From assembly GCF_006345805.1 (NCBI RefSeq), contig NC_042997.1, positions 84,444,001 through 84,508,000 on the forward strand: a stretch of DNA of 64,000 nucleotides, read 5' to 3'. This DNA is from Octopus sinensis. Lineage: Eukaryota. This document shows, in pieces, positions 1 to 11,195 of the stretch. The position numbers and the translations under genes were made by a program. The notes under the pieces were generated by a model. That model ran no database searches. It had not been told where the DNA came from and saw only the letters and a list, made by a program, of their open reading frames with translations. Every line of letters begins with the position of its first letter. Within the stretch, counting starts at the first letter, position 1.

Positions 1-259
1 ACACACACGCACGTATAACGGTATGCACTGAACCTGATGGATTGCTTGGAGATACATGGCATTGTATATAAATCTACCAAATTATTGTATTACAACAGTA
101 TGAAACTATTGGTAGCTCGTTTTAAAATTGTGTATATAAAATGATATTTATCTTTCAATGGATAAAGTACTTATTTGTTAATCCTACATATGACGAAACA
201 GTATATGTATGTATTGTATGTATGTATGTGTGTGTGTGTATTCTATTTTTTAATTATTT

Positions 260-995
260 TAAATCTTCCACTGAGGAAGGAGCCAGTTTCCAACAACTAT
301 ACAAGGCTCCGTCAACACAGACAAATTCACATTTGGAACTTGAGCAAAGTCTTGCATGTCTTTACTGTTCCACTCACAGATTGCACTTATAATGTACGAA
401 TTAACCGGTCTTTTTCTTTCTGGAAATCGCAGTTTCTCCAGATTCTTCTTTCAGCATTTACTACCAAAATCTTGTGCTCCAATAATTATTGGTATTAATA
501 TGAATTCATAGTCTGGATATAGAAGCTGGAAGTTTCGAAGAAGTTGTCCATAGATATCCTCTTTTTCTTTGATTTTCATAGAGATATTTATATCGACTGG
601 GCAGCTGACCTCTATGATGGTACATACTTTTGCCTCTCTGTCCCAAACAACAATATCCGCCTTGCTATGTTTAATTTTGAGAGACGTTTTGATGGCTATA
701 TTCCACCAGTATTCCTTGAGTTGGTGTTTATGAATGTATTTCATAACAAAGGGATTTTCTAAGTTTATTTCAGGATAGTCTTTTTTGCGGATGGCATTGT
801 AAATTGTTTTAGCAACAACATCGTGCCGCATAGGGAGGTAGTACCGTGATGACATTTTAGGACAGCTGCTAATCACATGCGTGATGTGTTCCACAGAAAT
901 ATGACAACCTACACATGCGGTTGCACCTTGGAATTACCAGAGCGTCACTGTCTCTCTTGTTCACCAGTTACTGTGTGGCAAACTCGTGTTCCTGT
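260..995 (-). mobile_element. 3' fragment of an RLE-type (R4/Dong-like) non-LTR retrotransposon: CCHC knuckle plus restriction-like endonuclease
   Basis: Minus frame reads CVGCHISVEHITHVISSC (CX2CX8HX4C), then RHDVVAK and KADIVVWDREAKVCTIIEVSCP..KEKEDIY (PD-(D/E)xK-like; ORF 451-894). A broken C-terminus LIRTL*VQSVSGTVKTCKTLLKF follows at about 330-400. (TATG)n lies on both sides. Confidence 0.85.
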
Positions 996-1070
996 GTATG
1001 TATGTATGTATGTATGTATGTATGTATGTATGTATGTATGTATGTATGTATGTATTTATGTATGTATGTA
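996..1070. repeat. (TATG)n microsatellite
   Basis: Direct reading. Confidence 0.95.
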
Positions 1071-1979
1071 TAAAGTTTTAAAAATGAAGCTAAAATGTTC
1101 AAAGTCCATGTTCTGAAAGGTCAATTTCATCTTTCCCCCGTAATCACCCTAAGTTCGCTAAAATAAGTACCAGCAATATATTGGTGTCGATATAATCGAC
1201 CATACCAAATTTAATGCTTTGTGTCAGCCTTAAGCATCAACATTATAAATATAAGCACAACTAGCTCACTAACGCGACTGAAACCGTGTATGTATTGCGT
1301 AACGGTGACCAATATACTGATTCGAGTACATCTTCATATTGCACGCAAATTCACGTTCTCATATTACGTGTTTTAAATGTTTGCTATGTGTTATATAACT
1401 GCTGTTTAAGTGACTGGCGGATCACCTATTAAGGAGATAAACATTTGAAATGGTTCATTTCAAAGAAGGGTCTCTACGCAGTATTAATTTCAGAGAAGGG
1501 TCACCGCAGTATTAACGCTCCTGCGGCTGTCCATTTTGCGGTGTATTTGTAGTTGTAAGTCTGGTCAATGAGGTTCTCGCCCATTATGTTCTAATCTTGA
1601 ATTAGTACTAAAATTGTTTACAGCTTGTTTATTAAAACATTCGCTCGCCCTTCAACTTCTGTGTGTGTATATATATATATATGTAACACTTTATTTTTAA
1701 GTGATATGGTAGTTGACACGTAAAAGCATATGTGTGTGTCTGTATGTATGCTGTGCATGTGTGTTTGTACAAGGCAAAGAAAACGTGGGTTTATAAGTCG
1801 TTGGAGGTTAAATAAATATATCAGATCGTTAAGCCAAGAATATGCGGAGAAAAAGAAATAAGCCTCTGGGTGGCTATATTAGTGCACGTGAGCTGCCATG
1901 TAAGTATACGTACACACACAAATACACACATACATATACACATATATTTCTGTTTGTGTTACAACACACACGCACACTC

Positions 1980-1981
1980 AC

Positions 1982-2046
<65 letters not shown>

Positions 2047-2058
2047 ATATATATATAT
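1980..2058. repeat. (AC)n then (AT)n microsatellite
   Basis: Direct reading. Confidence 0.95.
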
Positions 2059-2958
2059 GAGGGTGTAAGTGCTTCCTTTCTCAAGTGTCACACTCCTTTA
2101 CGATACGGGGAGGGTCTCATGAAATATCTACCTCCCACGTCTTTAGGGAATAGCAAATGATTCAAAACAAGAACTGCTTTATTTCCTGAGGGAGAGTGAA
2201 CTATCCGGGTGAGCCACTATCAATTCAGTTTATAGAAAATAAACTCCCCCTTCTTCATCCTGCAAATAATGACGGGTGGACACATAACAGATTTATGTGT
2301 CATTTAACGTGATCAGCTTGTTGAAAAGTAGAGAGATTGAAAGGCGGGAAAGAAAATACTGAATATAAGAAAATAACTACACAACAAATGAAAATTGTAA
2401 ATAAATCTAAATCTTATGTTAAGCAGAAATATCTCTGTATTTTATTTTAGTCTATTATTTTTTGTTTTTTAGCCAGAAACTGAAGCCAAAGAATTTTCCT
2501 GTAAGAAATAAATCTTCGTTTTTTTCGCTCATTCTTTCTCCTTTCTTAGCGCAATGTGTCACAGGGATACTGAGATCGTTGTTGGCCTTGTACATTTTCA
2601 GAATCGGATACAGGCTAGTTTCATTGCAGTGATTTCACTATTGTGTATTGTTCCAAGTCATAATGGTGGGTGAAGTCTTGGATTCAGCAATTCAGGATAA
2701 AGACACGGTCGTTAACTATAAGATATTCACTCATTGTGGTGATTGTCTCGGAGCAAACTTGTAAGGAACTGGATGGAGGATACTGCTTAGTTTTTTCAAA
2801 GCCGGAGGAAGAAAATTTAGTGACCCACATCACTTTCAGCTGTTGAAAAACTCATAAACTACCGAACAACATAAATCACATTTCGACAAAATGCTGGGCT
2901 TTATAGACAATACAAGGCTGAAATTTTTCTAAGTAAACTACCTCTTAATATCTAAGTG

Positions 2959-3177
2959 GGATTAAGGCGTTAAGCTGGCAGAATCATTAGCACTCAGGGC
3001 AAAATGGTTAGCGGCATTTCGTCCGTCTTTACGTTCCGAGTTCAAACTGCGCCGAGGTTGACTTTGCCTTTCATCTTTTCGAAGTCGATAAAATAAGTAC
3101 CAGTGGAGCACTCGGGTTGATGAAATCGATTTAGCCTCTTCCCTGAAATTGCTGGTTTTGTGCCAAAATTTGAAACC
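2959..3177 (+). mobile_element. tRNA-derived SINE, family A, with 12-bp TSD
   Basis: Head gctggcagaatcattagcac, B-box-like gagttcaaact, core gactttgcctttcatc..gtcgataaaataagtacc (resembles the Nin/Deu conserved domain), tail ccaaaatttgaaaccaat. AATATCTAAGTG is duplicated at 2947-2958 and 3178-3189. Confidence 0.85.
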
Positions 3178-3324
3178 AATATCTAAGTGAACTAAATCAA
3201 CAACAGCAAAATGTTTTAGTCGTGAGACAGCCTGACGTCCGATAGATCAGAACAACGGAGATCGTCAAGAAATATCTGTCACAGAATATTTTATTGACAT
3301 GACTTGTCGAAAATTTACGTAAAA

Positions 3325-3425
3325 ATCTCTTTGCTTCCCAACCACATGCTTCCAGGTTCAATCCCACTGCGTGGCACAATGGGCATGTGTCTTCTACAGC
3401 CTCGGACCGGTCAAATCTTTGTGAT
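3325..3425 (+). mobile_element. SINE family B, 5' fragment
   Basis: cttcccaaccacatgcttccaggttcaatcccactgcgtggcac..tgtgtcttctac matches the family B copies at 51516 and 51946. Confidence 0.7.
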
Positions 3426-4679
3426 ACTGAATAGAGTGATTAGTGATGAATCAATAAACAATATTTTGCAAACAAATGATGATAGGGAAAAATAGAAGAA
3501 AGAATGAGCGAGTGAGTAAATTAGGAGTAGAAATTAGAGACGATATTGGCCCTCGACTAAAATTTTCTACGTAATATACAAAGGTTGCATTGCCGAAGAC
3601 GTACATTCTTATTGACATGAAATAATTAAAATAGCTCAGTGGATTCTAGAAGAAGAAGAAGCGTGACGTAGAAATTTATCCAAAGTTAAGTTTTGATAGA
3701 TTAAAATGAATGTGTTCTCTTTGAATTTAGGAAGATATGAGTGGCAAATGATTGCACGACGAGGAAATCACCTGATATGTATGGTCTGTTTTATGAACTT
3801 TAAGTATGAATGTCAGATTTGTTCGCCTTGATCTTGAAGGTTTTCTACTGCAACCGGCAGCAAAACGGAGAGTCGCCAGTTCTATGAATCGAAGAACGAT
3901 GGCGCTGTTGAGGAAGAGATGAATAATTGATAATTTTCAGCTGAATGTAAGGCTCTTGCAAAGAGAGTAGTGATTATCGTCAATAGTGTAGCGGAGAATA
4001 TGCAAACTTGTGCGATTTTAGGCAGATCTCATCATAGCCACCATCGTTTCATGTATTATATCGTAGATTGGTCAGATAACAACCCTAAAGCTCTGATCAA
4101 GTTGGATCAATCGAAAGATTTCTATAGCTAACATCATCGCTACTTAACCACTGACTAAAGTTCAATTTCCAGATGTATGATCACTTCAATGTACAGCAGC
4201 ACTTGCTTGGTGATTAGACTAAATTATCATATATCAGAAAACTTTTGAAACATACTCACAGTTCTTCAAGATCATTTTCTTTCATGTCTTCTGTACTTAT
4301 GTACACTGAATTCAATATTGAGAAAAAGGAGCAAGTTTAAAAGCCTCCCGTTTGAACTTAAATGAAGAAGTGTTGTGTTAGTATAAGTAGACGATGTCAT
4401 CACAAATGGTGTTGGACACCATCTGAAGTCGAAGTAGCTGACATTATTGTAACTGATTACGGAGACAAAATAATCAAAAATTAATTTAGACAAATTCGAG
4501 TGTTTGCAGTTCGGCACCAGGAGCGGCAAATCTATGTCACCGATCAGCGTCGAGGATTACTAAACTTATAGAGCAGCTGAGTTGTTCGATGTCTAGTTCA
4601 CATCTGACCTTCCGATGGACAGGAAGTGAGACAAGGATGGGAAGAAGTTGGCCAGTGTAGTGTCTCCTGAAGTAGACTG

Positions 4680-5740
4680 AGAGAATATCGTCTCTGAAAG
4701 GCCAAGGTCGACTAATACCACCTGGTCGCTGTGGCTATCCCCAGTGTTCGTTTGGCCAGATTTTATCGTCTGTTCTTTCGTTTCTTGTGGAAGAGACATA
4801 TTCCACCGTTTAACCAGTTCATCCACTTTCAATATCCTTTCTGCAAAGGGCTTGCTGTGCTGTTGCTGATGAGGTACACAGATGCTATTCCCTATTTTAC
4901 ACAGTTCAACTCTGAGTTGCAGTTTACCAGAGGCAAGATTAAATGTCTAGTACTTAGAATGTTATCATATCATCACAGATCTCTCCCTATTGGCCGATAT
5001 AATTTGCACGTTAGCTCTCTATTGAGGATTGGTTGCAGGAATGAGCGATGATATTAAAGGAACTTGAAAAGTGGATAAAGACTTCGTCGGAGAAGAAAGA
5101 GTTCGTCTTAAAGAGAACACCTTATATCATAGCAACCAGTTACAGGAATACTCTCTACCTTTACTGATGAATGGAAGGTGACGGGACAATTTTCATGATA
5201 AACTCAGCTGATAGATGAATCAATCCTACATGCTGCTCAGCTAAACTCCACAAATCAGCAATGCTCGGGCACCAAATGAATGCACACAGAACGGCCTCGT
5301 CAGAATAGATATGTCATGAAAATTGTTCTGTTACCTTCCATTGGTCGGTAAGGGAAACAGTCCTTCCTGTAACTGGTAGCTATGTTGTAGGAGTTCTGTG
5401 TAGGACGAGAATAGGAGGACTGGGGATAGGCACTTTCCTCTTCGACAAAGCCTTTAACCACTTTTCAAATTCCTTTTAGAGAAGTAAGGAACAGCGGAAA
5501 AGAACTGGGACATCTACATTAGATTTGTTGACAGGTCGGAGAGAATGCGGACATAGACTAAGTAAATGGGTCAGCTTTCTGCATAAGCCTGTAGACAGGA
5601 GAATGACAGCAGAGAAAGGGAGGGAGAGAGAGAAGTGGGAGGGACAGAGTACTTGCGATTTGTAGTTGGTCAAATCCTGGATCTGACGCGTTTCTTGATT
5701 GACTTTCGGTAGCTGTCTACTCTCAAGGCACTCTAGCGCA
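4680..5740. mobile_element. Highly decayed Penelope-like element relic with an inverted partial copy (tentative)
   Basis: Plus frame RLIPPGRCGYPQCSFGQILSSVLSFLV and DEVHRCYSLFYTVQL*VA weakly resemble PLE RT motifs (RPIVS..SPTY.LAKYL..IL.PLV; DEVLVSFDV.SLFTNVP). Minus ILVLPQNSYNIATSYRK..NRTI resembles the PLE thumb/linker. Inverted arms at 5056-5200 and 5312-5477. Confidence 0.4.
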
Positions 5741-5904
5741 TACTATATTTGCTTACTATGCATATTGTGAGTCTTCATTAATTTCCTTTCTTATCTAAAT
5801 ACCCACACTTTTTTTGTAATCTGTCCACGCAAAATTTCCCCATCCACCGCCATCGTGGCAATGATAAAAAACAAAACAAAACAAAGGCAAAACGATCATC
5901 GCCA

Positions 5905-5970
5905 TAGTCACCATCGTCGTCGTCGTCGTCGTCATCATCATCATCATCATCATCATCGTCATCGTCATCG

Positions 5971-6011
<41 letters not shown>

Positions 6012-6012
6012 G
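5905..6012. repeat. (CGT)n(CAT)n microsatellite
   Basis: Direct reading. Confidence 0.95.
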
Positions 6013-6389
6013 TTAATGGTGTTCTTTTTTTGTTTGTTTTGGATATTATTCTGAAAAGTCTTAAACACTAAATATGTTCGCAAAACAACAGCAAAAGAAA
6101 AAAAGAACCTAAAATATTTCATAGACAACCCAACCCTCAAAAAAACCCCAACTAACTAAACACAAAGAAAATCAATACATACATATATAAATAAATAAAT
6201 AAATAAACATGAGGCTAATCTCTCCCTCCCCACCCCACTCGCGCCCTCTCCCTCTTCCATAGCTATTTGTAATGTGTTGTTGTTTTTCTTACTTTTAATA
6301 TGAAGCTCAAGAGACTGAGAATCTCTCTAACCCGTGATGTCTTCACTTTTGTTTATTAATTTTCTTTTTCTGATTTGCTGTTCGTTACT

Positions 6390-6740
<351 letters not shown>

Positions 6741-7064
6741 GTCTCTAAGGAGGTGGCGGGGCGCTGGTTATGTTATTTATTTCTTTGCTTTTTTTTGTAT
6801 ATTTTTTCCTTTTTAGCTGTTGCTGTTGTTGTTGTTTATCTCTCCTCCTTTCCAACTTTGTTTCCGCTTTTTGCACAATTATATTTGTATGTGAGTCTGT
6901 GCGTGAGTGTGCACGTATGCGTGTGCTTGCTTGTGTGCGTGTATGCGTGGTGTGTGTGTGTACTTGTGTGCTTGTGTATTTGTGTGTGTCAGTATTGCGT
7001 GCGCGTTTTGTGCGTGCGGAAGCGCAAATGAAAATCAAAACAACAATAACATTCAGCAAAAAAA

Positions 7065-7140
<76 letters not shown>

Positions 7141-7166
7141 TAGTAGTAGTAGTAGTAGTAGTAGTT

Positions 7167-7202
<36 letters not shown>

Positions 7203-7207
7203 ATAAT

Positions 7208-7274
<67 letters not shown>

Positions 7275-7275
7275 T
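7065..7275. repeat. Compound (ACT)10(AGT)n(AAT)n(GAT)n microsatellite
   Basis: Direct reading. Confidence 0.95.
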
Positions 7276-8351
7276 TAAAACAACAATAATAATAACAAGC
7301 AGCAAGTAATAATATGAACAAAATACACTATTATATTTCGTCCTATCGCGTGGATTTTTGATTAAATGCTCAGAGTTGAGTCCTTTATATTAAGCGAGCG
7401 TGTAGCTGTCCTTGTCTATCGAGTCCATCGACAATCAATACTTCTTGTTGTTCAATACAAAATCTCATCCTTGAACCAGGAAAACAAAAACAAAAAAAGA
7501 AAAAAGAAGAAAAAAACAAAAGAAAACACATATAAGAAAAATATAACAAGAAAAATTAATGCCTTGCGAATGGAAAGAGATGGATTACTGATGTATGAAT
7601 ATCAATGGGTGTTGTTATCAGTTATGAAATACGTACTAAAACCATATATAGTTCCAAAGTTCTACGTGTTAGTCGAAGCTAATTTGAGCAAGCTTTATTC
7701 CAATCCACATTAGGAATGAAAGCGTGAAGATAGAGAAGTGATTATTATTATTATTTATTTATTTGGTTCTTTTTTTGGTGGGGTGGTTTTCCTTTTCTGC
7801 TTTGTTTAGTTTTTGTATTATCTTTTAGTTATTGATTTTCGTCTTTTTTTTCTTGCCGCTGCTGCTGTTGTTTCTGAAAATTCCTCTATAAAATAAAGCA
7901 TTGCATTCAATGTATTTTATACTAGATTTGGAAATGAAGTTTAAAAATTAGAAATATAGGAGCACAGAATTGGAAAGAATTTGATTTAAAACAACGTCTA
8001 TAATTTTTTCTTTTCTTTTTTATTGTGATATGATGTGTTGGTAATTTCTAGGAAGAAATGTGAAAGAAAATAAATAATTTAAGAAAGTTATGAAATTTAA
8101 ATGAACTAGAGGAGAATGGAATTAAGAGATTTCTACGGTTGGGAAAACATTAGTATGAACCTGCTATAGATTTGGAATATATTCATATAAAATTTCGAAC
8201 CGTTACAAGACATCAATTCTTAGTCAAACTTAATGAATTTTTTGCAAAAATTGGAGGCAAAAATATAAGGATAAGTTGAAGTATTATTCATGCATTTACA
8301 CAATGGCGTTAGTTTTGGAAGTAAATACATTAAAAAAAAATCGTAAATTAA

Positions 8352-8570
8352 TTATGGTTTCAAATTTTAGCACAAGGCCAACAACTTCGCGGAAGGAAAA
8401 TGTCGATTACATCGACCCCAGTGTTCAATTGGTATTTATTTTATCCGTCTTGAAAGGACGAAAAGCTGAATCAATCTCAGTGGAACTTGAACCCTCACCG
8501 TAAAGACTGACGAAATGCAGCTAAGCATTTTGCCCGGCGTGTTTACGATATTGGCGGTTCGCCACCTTAA
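8352..8570 (-). mobile_element. SINE family A
   Basis: Reverse complement of the family A head, core and tail (tggtttcaaatttt..gaaaggacgaaaag..taagcattttgcccggcgt..cgccacctt). Confidence 0.8.
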
Positions 8571-9477
8571 GTCATAGAATAATAATAATGATCCTGCTTG
8601 AAACATCAAGGCTCAGCTCTTTTTACGCTATACAAACACATTTTAAGAATTCCTTTCTCTGTTTCTTAGGTTTTCAAACTCTAGATAAGTGCTGCAGCCA
8701 GTTTAAAAATGAATTTTGGACTTAAAGTTTATCTTAAAGTTAAAACGAATTAACATCATCGCTGCAACCATCATGATAAAAGTAACAATTCTTTACACAG
8801 CTGTAATATTCAATTTTCTTAGAGTGTTATTGAGAAGATGCGAAACATATATGCAATAACAAACGAGATTAGTTGGTGAGAGAAAGTGTAGCGGTCAACC
8901 TGCTAAGGGAAACAGATTTCAAGCACAATTCGACGTTAACTTTTTTCAAGCAAATGATGCAACCACATGGATGCTTCCTTTGTTATTATGGATCGATAGA
9001 TCAATAAAGGCACTCATGTCTTGACCATTTCACTTTTTAGGCTTATTTGGGATTGCGTTATTCAATAAAACAAAAGAGTCCAATTTGAAGGAGATTTCTG
9101 ATAAAGGCATCATGTTGAGATTCCTTCATGGTGAAATGAAATGGTATGATATTCATGAATATTTTAGATGGTCGGCTATGGAAGTGAAGCGAATAAATAA
9201 GAAAAATGTAAACAAGTCACAGAATTGGTTTGTCGGATAGTTGTCTCTTCAATACGTAGTTAAGTAATAAAATCAGTAAAAGAACAAAATAAAAACAAAA
9301 AGTAAAAAATATCATCTCCGCTATTTTCGGTGGAAGATGATCGTTTATTCAATCAGCTGAATTATCTGTTCATCGAATTAACGCTATGGAATAATCACTG
9401 TGATACACGATAAGACAGCAGAAACTTTTAAGGAACACTATAAATGAGTTCCTATCTTCTGAATTTCACTCACATCA

Positions 9478-9703
9478 TTTTACCCTTTAGCCTTTAAACC
9501 GACCATATCAAGCCAAAATAGTTTACATGTTTTATGTTCAAACTGACCAGATCCAGCCTCTCACTTCTACCATACAATGTCATTCGAAAAGTGAACAATC
9601 ACATTGAAATATCAAGGATACAAGATAGTGCATGACTAATTGAAACCAATGTGGATAAAGAAGCATTACATTTGACAGAGTAATCTGAATGTTAAAGGCT
9701 TAA
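9478..9703. mobile_element. piggyBac-type MITE
   Basis: Ends tttaCCCTTTAGCCTTT and GAATGTTAAAGGCttaa are degenerate TIRs beginning CCC after a TTAA-like site; no ORF. Confidence 0.6.
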
Positions 9704-10044
9704 ATGTCACTCTCCACGATAGCAAAATGCACTTATTTAGAACACTGAGATTTAAGATCGAAATTGGCACCTCATAATTACTGAGAGAGCTACTTTACTA
9801 TGCGACATATGAGCGTTTAAGGCAATGATTTTAGAAAAAAAGTGTAAGAGTAAAAGAAGCTGCATCTATTTGCGATGTATAGGTGAATGTAATTGGAGTC
9901 CAAGGATAGATTTTGCTATGAAGTCATAATGGAGACGCTGATGAATTTGATTTTACTTGGGATTGGACAAATGTGTCTGTTGATCCTTTTATTGTTCTGT
10001 TTCTTCCATTCAAATACATCTACTTTATATATCGCTTTATCTTC

Positions 10045-10405
10045 GTATTTGTTTCAGTTCTGGGACATTGCCTCGAATTTTCAGTCGGATGAATGGGCCC
10101 CAGAACATATTTTATAAGCCTTGTACGTATTCTATTGCTTTCTGTTACCGAACCGCTAGATTACGGGGACCAAAACACGCCAACACCGATTGTCAATCGG
10201 TGGTGGGGGCCAAACACAGATACAACGACAAACACACAAGTGTATATACAAATATGACAGGCCTCTTTCAGTTTCCGTCTGCCAAATCCACTCACAAGGC
10301 TTTGGTCTACTCGAGGCTATAGTAGATGACACTTACCCAAGGAGCCACACAGTTGGACGGAACCTGGAACAATGTGGTTAGGAAGCAAGCATCTTACTAC
10401 ACAGC

Positions 10406-10407
<2 letters not shown>
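10045..10407 (-). mobile_element. SINE family B
   Basis: Reverse complement of the family B consensus (ttcagtttccgtctgccaaatccactcacaaggctttggtc; cacccaagg; gaaccgctagattacgggg). Confidence 0.8.
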
Positions 10408-10494
<87 letters not shown>

Positions 10495-10499
<5 letters not shown>

Positions 10500-11049
10500 A
10501 ATGGCTATAATAGGACATTCGACTCACTAGAAAGAGCAGCCAAACTCAAACCGCTAATAGTTGTAATTCTGAAACTGAAAGAAGAAAATAAAAACGTTTA
10601 CCCCTTTCATCTCTGGACTATGCATAGTTTCGGAAAACTTTGGTAAACAAATTAATTAAATTAAATTAAATTAATTTACATCTGGCGTGCCTCGTCAGCA
10701 GATAAGCCAAGGACGAGTATATCTCTACGAGGCGATGGTAGGGAAGCCTCAAGTCTATATGCTCTAAATTTTCAAAATTTACCGCAATCGCGCGGTCTTC
10801 TCAGCAGCAAATATAAACTTCTGATTTAATTTCAAAATTAGCCAAAAATCATTAATTAATAAATATAAGGGTAGCAAAAAATTCTAGAAAATATTCTCCG
10901 CTACCAGCGGTCTGGCGAGAAAGAAAAGATAGTCAAAGACTATATAATATACATTCAACAATATAAGGAATGGCCATAATAGGACATTCGACTCACTAGA
11001 AAGAGCAGCCAAACTCAAACTGCTAATAGTTGTAATTCTGAAACTGAAA
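10495..11049 (-). mobile_element. Non-autonomous hammerhead-bearing retroelement (Penelope pLTR / retrozyme-like): 467-bp unit plus an 88-bp direct repeat
   Basis: aaggaatggc(t/c)ataataggacattcgactcactagaaagagcagccaaactcaaac(c/t)gctaatagttgtaattctgaaactgaaa occurs at 10497 and 10964. (TA)n lies on both sides, there is no ORF of substance, and it contains a hammerhead core. Confidence 0.7.
10608..10705 (-). ncRNA. Type I hammerhead ribozyme (predicted cleavage after GUC, between 10616 and 10615)
   Basis: Minus strand reads UUAUCUG-CUGACGA-GG..(about 56 nt)..CC-GAAA-CUAU-GC-AUAG-UC/CAGAGAUG. Stem I is UCUG/CAGA. Core CUGACGA is 10698-10692, G10.1-C11.1 pairs, GAAA is 10631-10628, stem III is the palindrome ACUAUGCAUAGU. 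Confidence 0.75.
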
Positions 11050-11067
11050 TTGTTAGTCATATATATG

Positions 11068-11162
<95 letters not shown>

Positions 11163-11195
11163 TATATATATATTCATATATATGACTAACAATTT
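11047..11195. repeat. Inverted repeat: perfect 24-bp unique arms enclosing (AT)n
   Basis: AAATTGTTAGTCATATATATGAAT (11047-11070) and its exact reverse complement (11172-11195). Confidence 0.9.

Noticed and set aside
1457-1517. Two-copy repeat of about 29 bp (tttca.agaagggtc..cgcagtattaa)
   Set aside because: Only two degenerate copies, no spacer pattern; ordinary local duplication, not an array
4560-5750. DIRS-like retroelement (suggested by the inverted repeat)
   Set aside because: No convincing tyrosine recombinase or RNase H motifs in any frame; the weak motifs fit a PLE better
8820-8862. GTTATTG..GAAACATATATG..CAATAAC hairpin resembling a hammerhead
   Set aside because: No CUGANGA core and GC instead of GU at the cleavage triplet
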